DNA from: Patescibacteria group bacterium
GTDB lineage: Bacteria; Patescibacteriota; Minisyncoccia; HO2-45-28
Direction: 5' to 3'
Assembly (NCBI GenBank): GCA_038064075.1
Contig: JBBTTU010000004.1
Span: 647-64,646, forward strand
Length of the DNA: 64,000 nucleotides
Notes under the pieces: generated by a model
What the model was told of the DNA's origin: nothing
Databases searched by the model: none
Seen by the model: only the letters and a program-made list of their open reading frames with translations
Position numbers and translations under genes: made by a program
Shown here: positions 35,580-44,521 of the stretch, piece after piece
Numbering within the stretch: the first letter of the stretch is position 1
How the letters are laid out: every line of letters starts with the position of its first letter

Positions 35580-36656
35580 TTAATATTTTATTTTTATCTT
35601 TTTGCCTTGGCGCGCGGATTTTATAAAGGCGTCTGCAAGAACAATATTGAGCAGGCCGTCTTCAAGAGCGGCATTCGGCGTTTTTTTGCCGGAAAGTATT
35701 GAATCGCCGAAATCTTCTATTTCTTTTTGCCACAAATTTTCTTTTTTAAACGAATAAGAACGGTTTGCCGGCTTTTCCGGTTGCATTTTATAGTGCCATA
35801 CGGTTTTAAGGCGGCCGGCGCTTCTTTTTGAGCTGATTTTTTTTGTTTTTAAAATCAGGCGGCTGCTTGAATTCGGGGCCATGAAATCATAAAGTTCAAT
35901 ATTTCCTTTATCCCCGTAAATTCCAATAAAGTTTCCAAGATGCGCAATTACTTTGCTTGTCGCGATTGTCGCGAAGAAATCGCCGTAATTTATTATGCCG
36001 AGCGCAGTTAGGTCGGCTTTTTTGTTTTTATTCATCATGGCCGAAACGACTAAAGGTTTCTTATTTGTGAGAGCGTTAATTAAATCCAATAAATGCGTTC
36101 CGCGGGCCATAAACGCGCCGCCGCCCTCCTTTAAATTTTCGCGCCATTTCATGTGAGCGGGAAGGGGGAAAAATTTTGTATAGCCTATGCACCAGTGGGT
36201 TTTAATTAGCAAAATTTTTCCTATTTTTCCGGAGGCTATTATTTTTTTGGCTTTTTGTACAGCCGGATGGTGGCGCAGATGAAATCCGACCGCGAAACGG
36301 ACGTGATGTTTTTTGACGGCGCTTGCCATTGCCTGCCCGTCTTTTAGCGAGAGCGCGAGCGGCTTTTCGCAAAGAATGTGTTTTCTCGCAGAGGCCGCCA
36401 TTAAAACATGACGGACATGCTCATTATTTTTTGATGATATAAGAATCGCGTCCACTTCAGGATTTTTTAGCATGTCTTGGATTGCGCCGTAATGCGGGAA
36501 TCCGTATTTTTTTGCGAAATTCTCCGCCCGGTTTTTGTTTTTGCTTGACGCAAAATAAAGAATCCCGTTTTTGGAGCCGGCGATTGACCGCGCCATATTT
36601 TCTCCCTGCACTCCCAACCCAATAATGCCCCACCTGATTTTTTTCGCCCGGTTCAT
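35580..36656 (-). CDS. Gfo/Idh/MocA family NAD(P)-dependent oxidoreductase (sugar dehydrogenase).
   Basis: 'IRWGIIGLGVQGENMARSI', 'EVDAILISSKNNEHVRHV', 'ILCEKPLALSLKDGQAM'. Confidence 0.7.
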   Translation of the reverse strand: MNRAKKIRWGIIGLGVQGENMARSIAGSKNGILYFASSKNKNRAENFAKKYGFPHYGAIQDMLKNPEVDAILISSKNNEHVRHVLMAASARKHILCEKPLALSLKDGQAMASAVKKHHVRFAVGFHLRHHPAVQKAKKIIASGKIGKILLIKTHWCIGYTKFFPLPAHMKWRENLKEGGGAFMARGTHLLDLINALTNKKPLVVSAMMNKNKKADLTALGIINYGDFFATIATSKVIAHLGNFIGIYGDKGNIELYDFMAPNSSSRLILKTKKISSKRSAGRLKTVWHYKMQPEKPANRSYSFKKENLWQKEIEDFGDSILSGKKTPNAALEDGLLNIVLADAFIKSARQGKKIKIKY

Positions 36657-36724
36657 TATTTTAAGGATAGGAATTATTGGGATATTGTCAAACAGCCGTA
36701 AATAGGGTATTTTTGGTTTAAATT

Positions 36725-37663
36725 ATGAAATCGCGGTTAATCTCGGTCATTGTTCCGTTTTTTAACGAGGAAAAGAATGTCGCCGAGCTCCATCAGCGCT
36801 TGATCGGGGTTTTTAAGAATTTGGATTATGATTTTGAAATTGTTTTTGTTGATGACGGTTCAACCGACGCGACATTTGAGGCGATGAGGAGTTTGAAACC
36901 GCTTACCGCTTTGCGCTTGCGAAAAAATTTCGGTCAAAGTCATGCTTTAGCCGCCGGCATCAGGCGTTCCCGTGGCGATACGGTGGTGACAATGGACGGC
37001 GATTTGGAAAATCATCCGGAAGACATTCCGCGGCTGATCGCCAAGATAAACGAGGGTTATGATGTTGTTTCCGGATGGCGGAAAAATCGCTGGAGCAATC
37101 AGTTGATTTTGCGCCGCATTCCGTCTCTGGCGGCCAACAAACTGATTGCTTATGTTTCCGGAGCGGCTTTGAACGATTTTGGCTGCGCCTTGAGGGCATA
37201 TCGCCGTTCGGTTATCAATCAAATACAGCTGAAAGGCGAAGAACATCGTTTGATTGCCGCCAACGCTTCTGTTTTAGGCGCTCATCTCGCCGAGATTGAA
37301 GTTCAATATTCGGCGCGAAAATCAGGCAAATCAAAATACGGTTTGATGAGAATCTTTAAGGTATTGCTTGACGTTCTGGCGCTTACTTTTTTCAACCGAT
37401 ATTCATCCCGCCCGATTCATTTTTTCGGCGGTTTTGGTTTTGCCGGCCTGTTTTTAAGTTTGGCCGCGTTTATAATTATGCTTTACTTGAGAATTTTTAT
37501 GGGCATTAGTTTTATTTTAACTCCATTGCCGACACTGGCCGCCATTTTTGCCATTATCGGCGTGCAGTTTATTTTAATGGGATTGCTGGCGGAAATTTAT
37601 ATTCGGCGCGATAAAAATACCAGCGAAAATGATTTTTTAATTAAAGAGGAAATTATTAATTGA
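36725..37663 (+). CDS. Glycosyltransferase family 2, polyprenyl-phosphate sugar synthase with C-terminal TM helices (GtrB/ArnC-like).
   Basis: 'ISVIVPFFNEEKNV', 'VFVDDGSTD', 'MDGDLENHP', plus two C-terminal hydrophobic helices. Confidence 0.7.
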   Translation: MKSRLISVIVPFFNEEKNVAELHQRLIGVFKNLDYDFEIVFVDDGSTDATFEAMRSLKPLTALRLRKNFGQSHALAAGIRRSRGDTVVTMDGDLENHPEDIPRLIAKINEGYDVVSGWRKNRWSNQLILRRIPSLAANKLIAYVSGAALNDFGCALRAYRRSVINQIQLKGEEHRLIAANASVLGAHLAEIEVQYSARKSGKSKYGLMRIFKVLLDVLALTFFNRYSSRPIHFFGGFGFAGLFLSLAAFIIMLYLRIFMGISFILTPLPTLAAIFAIIGVQFILMGLLAEIYIRRDKNTSENDFLIKEEIIN

Positions 37664-37668
37664 CAATT

Positions 37669-39525
37669 ATGTGCGGCATTGCCGGTATTATCGGCGGCGA
37701 CCAAGAGTTAATCAGGAAAATGACCGCGGCTATCAGGCATCGCGGTCCTGATGACGAAGGTTTTTTTCAAGACGGCGATGTTTTTTTGGGTCACAGACGT
37801 CTTTCAATCATTGATTTGGCAGGCGGGCGCCAGCCGTTCTTGTCCGCTGACGGCAAATCAGCCGTTGTTTTCAACGGCGAAATTTATAATTTTAAAGAAC
37901 TGAAAAAAGAGTTGAGTCGTAAGCATTCGTTTCGCAGCCAGAGCGACACCGAAGTTGTTTTGGAGGGCTGGCTTGAGTGGGGTCAAAATATATTTGAGCG
38001 CCTTGAGGGAATGTTTGCGATAGGCATTTGGGACGGGCGGAATAAAACCTTGGTTTTGGCGCGCGACCGGATGGGCGAGAAACCTTTGTATTATTGCGCC
38101 AGCGGCGATTTTTTTGCTTTTGCTTCGGAGCTGAAAAGTTTTATTGCAAGCCGCGCCGCGCCGAAAGAAATAGATCCGGAATCGGTCATTCGTTATTTGT
38201 CTTTCGGCTATATCCCGTCGCCTTACACGATTTTTAAGAATATTTATAAACTTGAAGCCGGTCAATATTTGGTTTGGCAAAACGGGCGCGCTGACATTAA
38301 AAGATATTGGCAGCCGTCTTTTTCGCCGGCCCGGATCCCGGACTCCTTTGAATCAGCTAAAAAAAAATTGGAACTGGCGCTGGAAAATACGGTGAAAAAA
38401 ACAATGATTGCCGATGTGCCGGTCGGAGTTTTTTTATCCGGAGGCCTTGATTCCAGTTTGATCGCTTATTTCGCCAAAAAAATAAATCCGCAGCTTGAAA
38501 CATTCTCAATAGGTTTTGAAGAAAAGTCTTTTGATGAATCATTTTATGCGGGACTGGCGGCGCGGATTCTTAAAACCCGCCATTACCAAAAAATTGTCGG
38601 TCCGAAAGAAGTTTTGAATCTTTTGCCGCGCATCGCCGAAATAATTGACGAGCCGTTTGCCGATCCCTCAATAATTCCGACCTATATTCTTTCGGCGTTT
38701 GCCCGCCAAAGAGTGAAAACCGTTTTGGGCGGAGACGGCGGCGACGAGTTATTTTTGGGCTATCAGACTTTCATTGCCGAGAAATTGTGGCGGATGTCGT
38801 CGCCTTTTTTGCCGGCCGCTTCCGTTTTGGCGAAAGCGGCGTTGCGATTGATTCCGACATCCGGAAAATACATGTCGCTTGATTTCAAGCTGCGCCGCTT
38901 TTTTTCAAACAGCCGCGGCGGGCCTGTTTTGCGCCATCAGCAGTGGCTTGCCAATTTTAATTCCGAAGACTTGGATCGTATTTTATCAAATGATATGAAA
39001 AATTCTTTTTTGCCATTTAAAATAGCGGAAGGCGCGATCAATGATCCCATCGGTAATTTAAACGGATCATCTTGGAATCAAATCATCCGTTTTTATCAGA
39101 AGTTTTATTTGGGAGATCAGGTTTTAACCAAAGTTGACCGCGCCAGCATGGCTAATTCGCTTGAAGTCCGCGCTCCTTTTTTAAACCACAATCTGGCTGA
39201 ATTTGTTCTTTCTTTGCCGGTTAATTTTCGCCTGCGCGGCTTTAAGACCAAATATATTTTGAGAAAAATAGCAGCCGGATATTTTCCAAAAAATATCGCT
39301 TGGCGCTCCAAACAGGGTTTTGCCGTTCCTCTCGGTAAGTGGTTTAGAAATGAACTGAAAGAATTTGCCGAAGAAAAATTGTCGCATTTTAAATCCAATC
39401 CGTGGTTTAATCCGCCGGCGGTTGACGGAATCTGGACCGAACATCAAACCGGCAGAGCGGACCGGCGGATGGAAATTTGGAACATGATTGTTTTTCAGTC
39501 CTGGCTTGAAAAATGGGGCTTGTAG
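37669..39525 (+). CDS. Asparagine synthase (glutamine-hydrolysing) family amidotransferase, second copy.
   Basis: 'MCGIAGIIGG', 'HRRLSIIDL', 'VGVFLSGGLDSSLIA'. The ATG at 37669 gives the required N-terminal Cys; the tool's TTG at 37660 is rejected. Confidence 0.8.
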   Translation: MCGIAGIIGGDQELIRKMTAAIRHRGPDDEGFFQDGDVFLGHRRLSIIDLAGGRQPFLSADGKSAVVFNGEIYNFKELKKELSRKHSFRSQSDTEVVLEGWLEWGQNIFERLEGMFAIGIWDGRNKTLVLARDRMGEKPLYYCASGDFFAFASELKSFIASRAAPKEIDPESVIRYLSFGYIPSPYTIFKNIYKLEAGQYLVWQNGRADIKRYWQPSFSPARIPDSFESAKKKLELALENTVKKTMIADVPVGVFLSGGLDSSLIAYFAKKINPQLETFSIGFEEKSFDESFYAGLAARILKTRHYQKIVGPKEVLNLLPRIAEIIDEPFADPSIIPTYILSAFARQRVKTVLGGDGGDELFLGYQTFIAEKLWRMSSPFLPAASVLAKAALRLIPTSGKYMSLDFKLRRFFSNSRGGPVLRHQQWLANFNSEDLDRILSNDMKNSFLPFKIAEGAINDPIGNLNGSSWNQIIRFYQKFYLGDQVLTKVDRASMANSLEVRAPFLNHNLAEFVLSLPVNFRLRGFKTKYILRKIAAGYFPKNIAWRSKQGFAVPLGKWFRNELKEFAEEKLSHFKSNPWFNPPAVDGIWTEHQTGRADRRMEIWNMIVFQSWLEKWGL

Positions 39526-39540
39526 ATTTATTTTTTATAT

Positions 39541-40305
39541 ATGGCTTCCCAGGAAAGATTCGGTTACGAATGGTCCAGATATAAAAAAATCCTTCCGGAG
39601 CACGAGGGCCAGTTTTTAAAATGGGTTTTTCCGCTTGTTCCGGAGGACTTTAAGGGCAAACGCGTTTTGGATGCCGGTTGCGGGATGGGGCGCAATTCTT
39701 TTTGGCCCTTAAAATACGGCGTTTCAGAAGCGGTGGCTTTTGATTTTGACCAAAGAAGCGTCCAGGCCGCCCGGCGCAATTTGTCGGCTTTTCCGCACGC
39801 CCGGGTTTTATACCAATCGGTTTATGACGCGGATTTTGAAAACGAATTTGACATTGTTTTTTCAATCGGCGTCATTCATCATCTTGAAAATCCGCGGGAA
39901 GCCGTCCGGCGGATGGTCCGGGCCGCAAAATCCGGCGGCGCCGTTTTGATCTGGGTTTACGGTTATGAAGGTAACGAATGGATAGTTAAATTCGTATCTC
40001 CCGCCAGGCGGCTTATAACCAGCCGTTTGCCGCCGGCGTTTTTGAATTTTTTGACCTATTTTTTAAGCGCGCCGTTTTTCGCGCTGGTGAAAATTCTTCC
40101 GTTTAAAAATCCGTATTTAAGACAGCTTAAAAATTTCGGATTTAACCATATCCATTCCATAATTTTTGACCAGCTTCTGCCGAGAGTCGCCAATTATTAC
40201 AAAAAAGAAGAAGCTTTTGGCTTGATGGACGGATTTGGACTGAAAGATATTGAAATTTACCGGAAAAATAAAAATAGCTGGACTGTTTTGGGCCGAAAAA
40301 CTTAA
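39541..40305 (+). CDS. Class I SAM-dependent methyltransferase.
   Basis: 'VLDAGCGMGRNS' motif I and 'IGVIHHLENPREAVRRMVRAAKSGGAVLIWVY'. Confidence 0.6.
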   Translation: MASQERFGYEWSRYKKILPEHEGQFLKWVFPLVPEDFKGKRVLDAGCGMGRNSFWPLKYGVSEAVAFDFDQRSVQAARRNLSAFPHARVLYQSVYDADFENEFDIVFSIGVIHHLENPREAVRRMVRAAKSGGAVLIWVYGYEGNEWIVKFVSPARRLITSRLPPAFLNFLTYFLSAPFFALVKILPFKNPYLRQLKNFGFNHIHSIIFDQLLPRVANYYKKEEAFGLMDGFGLKDIEIYRKNKNSWTVLGRKT

Positions 40306-41024
40306 GGAATTTTCTTATAAACCCCTAAAAGCGAAACGCCGAACGGAAATTTTATTTTCGGCAGAAGAAAATATTCCAGCGTAAAAATTGACTTGAAAAC
40401 CGCGTTCAAAAACGGGTTATTCAATTTAAATTCCGTTCCGGTTTTAATATTAAAGAGCCGCATTGTTTTTCTTGCGGCAAGAATCAGCGGAGCCAGAAAA
40501 AAATTAAAGTAAGACTGATAGACCGTTTTAAATCCGGCGTTTTCAAATTTATTTTTCAGTTCCTGGTATGCGTATCGCCGGAAATGATGACTGATTTCGT
40601 CTTGTTCGCCCCAAAATATTTTTAAGGCCGGGACAAAAACGATGATAACGCCGTCCGGCTTCAAAAAATCTCTTAATTTTTTAATCGCGAGTTCGTCATT
40701 TTCGCAATGTTCAAGAATATCAAGCGCCAGCGCGCAGTCAAATTTGCCGTTGTTTTCAAAATTTTCAATACTAGACTCTATGACATCAACTCCGCGCAAC
40801 TTTGCGAATTTAACCGCTTCAGGCGAAGCGTCAATTCCGGTAACTTCGCCGTATTTTTCAAGCTCTTTTGTTAAAAGTCCGGCTCCGCAGCCGATGTCAA
40901 GCATATTGAGCGGTGTTTTGGGGCAGTAGGCCGCTATAATTTTATGAACAAGCAGCCGACGCACGACATACCACCAATGCGTTTTTTCGTTTTCATAAAT
41001 CTGGCGGTAAAGCTCAATTTCCAT
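40302..41024 (-). CDS. Class I SAM-dependent methyltransferase.
   Basis: 'MLDIGCGAGLLTKEL' and 'DCALALDILEHCENDELAIKKLRDFLKPDGVIIV'. Confidence 0.6.
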   Translation of the reverse strand: MEIELYRQIYENEKTHWWYVVRRLLVHKIIAAYCPKTPLNMLDIGCGAGLLTKELEKYGEVTGIDASPEAVKFAKLRGVDVIESSIENFENNGKFDCALALDILEHCENDELAIKKLRDFLKPDGVIIVFVPALKIFWGEQDEISHHFRRYAYQELKNKFENAGFKTVYQSYFNFFLAPLILAARKTMRLFNIKTGTEFKLNNPFLNAVFKSIFTLEYFLLPKIKFPFGVSLLGVYKKIP

Positions 41025-41037
41025 TACAATAAATCCT

Positions 41038-41880
41038 ATGTTATCACAAATTCAGCCGCTGCTGAAATGCCCTGATTGTTCGGCTGATTTTGACGCGGTT
41101 CAAAACGGCCTTCGCTGCAGGGCATGCCGCCGTTTTTATCATAAGAAAAACGATTCTTTAATGTTTGTTTCGCCGGCGCCGGAGGCTGGCGAGAACGCGT
41201 CTTTCATGCCGAATCTTAAAAAATTTCTTAAAAAACATCCTAAACTTTTTTTTGCTCTTTATTACACTCTCGGAGTTTTTGTCGGCAAAAGCGCGAAAAC
41301 GGCCGTCAAAATTATGCCGAAAGGCTCCGTGATTTTAAATATCGCTTCGGGGCCGAAAATCATAAGGGACGATGTCATTAATGTCGATATTGAGCCTTAT
41401 GCCGGCGTTGCGGTTTGCGCCGATATTATGAATTTGCCGTTTAAAGACGAAGCGGCCGACGCGGTCATTTGCGAATCTTCTTTTGAACATTTCAAAAATC
41501 CCGAAAAGGCTCTTTTGGAAATGAAGCGGGTGCTTAAAAACGGCGGATTGATTTATGCTTCGCTGCCTTTTATTTGCGGATTTCACGCCTCGCCCGATGA
41601 TTATTTCCGCTGGACCGAGGCCGGAATTGCGGAATTTTTTAAAGAATTTGAAACCAAAGAATTAGCCGTCGGCTGGGGACCGACTTACGCTTTAACCGCG
41701 ATACTTCGCGAGTGGCTGGCGCTGGTCTTGTCGTTTAACTCGGTTTTTCTGCACGAGTTTCTGGCGATTGTCTTTACCGTAATTTTCGCGCCGTTTAATT
41801 TTTTGGATCACATTTTGGCGCGATATCATTCGGCCAAAAATATATCATTCGGTTTTTATTATATCGGGATTAAAAAATGA
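41038..41880 (+). CDS. Class I SAM-dependent methyltransferase with an N-terminal CxxC...CxxC zinc ribbon (Trm112-like).
   Basis: 'CPDCSADFDAVQNGLRCRACRRFY', 'VINVDIEPYAGVAVCADIMNLPF', 'VICESSFEHFKNPEKALLEMKRVLKNGG'. Confidence 0.55.
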   Translation: MLSQIQPLLKCPDCSADFDAVQNGLRCRACRRFYHKKNDSLMFVSPAPEAGENASFMPNLKKFLKKHPKLFFALYYTLGVFVGKSAKTAVKIMPKGSVILNIASGPKIIRDDVINVDIEPYAGVAVCADIMNLPFKDEAADAVICESSFEHFKNPEKALLEMKRVLKNGGLIYASLPFICGFHASPDDYFRWTEAGIAEFFKEFETKELAVGWGPTYALTAILREWLALVLSFNSVFLHEFLAIVFTVIFAPFNFLDHILARYHSAKNISFGFYYIGIKK

Positions 41881-43553
41881 TTTTATATTTGAGAGAGAAT
41901 ATTGCGCGAAAGTCGTGGTTTAAATGGGGGATACTGGCGCTGGCGATGCTGCCTTCACTGACATATATGGCGATTCGGATCAGCCGCGATGAAAGTTGGG
42001 ACAATTGGGCTTTCGGTTCGGCGCAGACCATGCTTACCGTCCGGTATTGGGCGCGGGACGGATTCGTTAAACATAAATTTCTTTTTTTGCCGTCCGGATA
42101 TCATCCGGACATCCAAGTTCTGGATCGGCCCGAATTACGGTTTTTGGCGGACGGAATTTCCGGCTATGGTTTGATCGGCAGGCGGCTCTATTATACTCAT
42201 TATCCTCCTTTTTACCTTATGCCTTACGGTTTTCTTGCCAAATTCGGCGCAGAAAGCCGATTCTGGTTCAGAGCGCTGGCGTTTTTTTTCTCGTTTAGTT
42301 CAGCGGTTTTTATGGCCGGTTTTATTTATTTGATTACGAAACGGAATAAATGGGCGACTTTATCGGCGATTTTATATTATACGACTTCAACAACCTTTTT
42401 GGGCTATGCCGATTCTCTGGCCAATATGCCGGTGGATGATTTTTTTAAATGGCTTATATTGTTTTTAAGCGTTTACGGAATTTCCAAAATTGAGGTCGGG
42501 GAGCTCAAAAAATGGCTTGATAAAACAATATGGATTTTGTTTTTCGTTCTGGCCATAAGTTCTTATGACTCCGTTTTTTTCGTTTTTTTCTGGCTTTGCG
42601 CCTTAAATTACATCACGACCCAAAAAATCAACTTCAAAAAATACTTATTCTGGGCTTTGGCTCCGTTATCCGCTTTTATTCTGCAAATGGGACAGAATAT
42701 CTGGTATTTGGGTTTAAAAGACGCCGCGCTTGATGTTTACGGGACTTTTCTTTTCAGATTCGGCGAGACGCCGCAAGTCGGCGCTGGATTAAATAATCTT
42801 CCGCCCGTAATAAAAAATATTTTTCTGTCTCTTTCCGCTATCGGCTATTTTTCCGATCTTAAAACGAGATTTGCTCTTCCGCTCATTATTTTATTGGCTT
42901 ATTTATTTTTTAAGAATAAATTTGCTCACAAGGACATTTTGCGTTTTATTACAACGTTGTTTGTTGCCGGATTGATTTATCTTTTTATTCTTCCGTCCAC
43001 GGCGGCTTTCGGATATCAAGGCAGGCAAGCTGCGCCGGCGCTTCTTTTGTTGTTCTCTTTAGCTTTATGGCAGACAATTATTTCTTTTAAAGAAAAGAAT
43101 TTTGGAAAAGATAAACTGTTGGTCGCGTGCTGTCTTGGCATTTTTTTGGCGGCGCATTTTTACAACCTTTTTGCCTACCTTAAAGAATGGCCGCATGATG
43201 TAATTGCAAAAGAAAAAATAGAATATTTGCGCCAGCTTGCGGGCATAACAGACCAGCGAACAATAATTATCGGCACTGCGAATGCCGTTGCGGCCGGTTC
43301 GGAACGTTTTTTGGAAGAATATTATTCCGATCGCCTTATACTTGCTTTTAAAGATACGGACACATTGCTGGAATATATGGATAAATTGCGTTCAGTTATG
43401 TCCGGAGGAGTTAATTTTTTGATCGCGGCAACCGACGCGGAATACCAAGCAGTTTTAATGAAATTGAAATCCATGGAAAAATATACTATGATACCGCGGA
43501 CTGTTGATATGCCGCCGCAAGGTCTGGCGTTAATAAGCGTAACGCATAAATAA
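41877..43553 (+). CDS. Polytopic membrane protein, candidate novel GT-C-type glycosyltransferase. Paralog of the gene at 44522-46171.
   Basis: About 12 TM helices followed by a ~130-aa soluble C-terminus. The conserved acidic motif after TM1, 'RDESWDNWAFGSAQTMLTVRYWARDGF', is nearly identical in the paralog. I recognise no family. Confidence 0.45.
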   Translation: MILYLRENIARKSWFKWGILALAMLPSLTYMAIRISRDESWDNWAFGSAQTMLTVRYWARDGFVKHKFLFLPSGYHPDIQVLDRPELRFLADGISGYGLIGRRLYYTHYPPFYLMPYGFLAKFGAESRFWFRALAFFFSFSSAVFMAGFIYLITKRNKWATLSAILYYTTSTTFLGYADSLANMPVDDFFKWLILFLSVYGISKIEVGELKKWLDKTIWILFFVLAISSYDSVFFVFFWLCALNYITTQKINFKKYLFWALAPLSAFILQMGQNIWYLGLKDAALDVYGTFLFRFGETPQVGAGLNNLPPVIKNIFLSLSAIGYFSDLKTRFALPLIILLAYLFFKNKFAHKDILRFITTLFVAGLIYLFILPSTAAFGYQGRQAAPALLLLFSLALWQTIISFKEKNFGKDKLLVACCLGIFLAAHFYNLFAYLKEWPHDVIAKEKIEYLRQLAGITDQRTIIIGTANAVAAGSERFLEEYYSDRLILAFKDTDTLLEYMDKLRSVMSGGVNFLIAATDAEYQAVLMKLKSMEKYTMIPRTVDMPPQGLALISVTHK

Positions 43554-43561
43554 AGGGGAAT

Positions 43562-44512
43562 GTGATTAATATTAATTATTCTAAATTAGAAAAAGAGGCG
43601 AGAGATTATTGGGAATGGAGCGCCTTAAATCCTTTTTTTCCGGTTTCAGAATCCGTGGCGAAAGAAGGAGCCGGATCCGAATTGCGCAATCCGTTGATGC
43701 ATTACGGCGCGGTAATGCCGGTCTATTTGGCGGCCGCGCGTTATTTGCAGGCATTGCGTCTTTCAAAAAACGCAAAATTAGTAGAACTTGGCTGCGGCAC
43801 GGGAAGAGCGCTGGTTTATCTCAAAACGATATTCCCTCATATTGAAATTTTGGGAGCGGATTATTCAAAGGAAATTATTGATTACGCGAAATCGGCATAC
43901 GGCAGATTTGGAGTTCAATTTATGTATATTGAGTCTGCCAAAAACACTCAATTTCCGGCGTCATCTTTTGATGTTGTTTTGTCTTCTCATGTCATTGAAC
44001 ATATTGAAAAGCGGGAAGGTTTGCGTTTTTTGGAAGAAGCGCGGCGCATATTGAAACCAAAAGGATATGCTTTTATTGGCACTCCGGAAAGAAGAAATTG
44101 TCAGAATCTTTATATGGAAAATCCAAACGATGAAATAAAATACCGGCTTATTCTTCCGCATAAACACGAATATACTCTTCCGGAATTAAGAGCGGCGGCC
44201 GAGCAAGTATTTTCAATTGGCGAGGTGCGGATAGACGCATTATATAATCATTTATTGCGCGGCATTTTTAGTTTAAGCGCGCAAAGATTCAAACCGGACG
44301 GCAGTTTTGTTAAAAATATCGCCAGTGCGATGTATCAGGGCGCGAGAAACATGCTTCCCAGGACGGTTTTTGACGCGCTGGTCCGTTTTGGAATTTCAGC
44401 GCAAATGAGATTTTTGGACGCGAGTTTTTTTGATGTTTTGTCGGCTAATCGGATCGGAAAAGAAGATGAGAGAAAAACCCCGGATAATTTGTTTCTGGTA
44501 TGCCAAAAATAA
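43562..44512 (+). CDS. Class I SAM-dependent methyltransferase.
   Basis: 'LVELGCGTGRALVYL' and 'VLSSHVIEHIEKREGLRFLEEARRILKPKGYAFI'. The GTG start is uncertain; the ATG at 43560 is followed immediately by a TGA stop. Confidence 0.55.
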   Translation: MININYSKLEKEARDYWEWSALNPFFPVSESVAKEGAGSELRNPLMHYGAVMPVYLAAARYLQALRLSKNAKLVELGCGTGRALVYLKTIFPHIEILGADYSKEIIDYAKSAYGRFGVQFMYIESAKNTQFPASSFDVVLSSHVIEHIEKREGLRFLEEARRILKPKGYAFIGTPERRNCQNLYMENPNDEIKYRLILPHKHEYTLPELRAAAEQVFSIGEVRIDALYNHLLRGIFSLSAQRFKPDGSFVKNIASAMYQGARNMLPRTVFDALVRFGISAQMRFLDASFFDVLSANRIGKEDERKTPDNLFLVCQK

Positions 44513-44521
44513 TTTATTAAA

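Noticed and set aside
43560-43565. ATG at 43560 as the start of the 43562 methyltransferase.
   Set aside because: ATG is immediately followed in frame by TGA. The long ORF can only start at the overlapping GTG at 43562, or at a downstream ATG, so the start remains uncertain.
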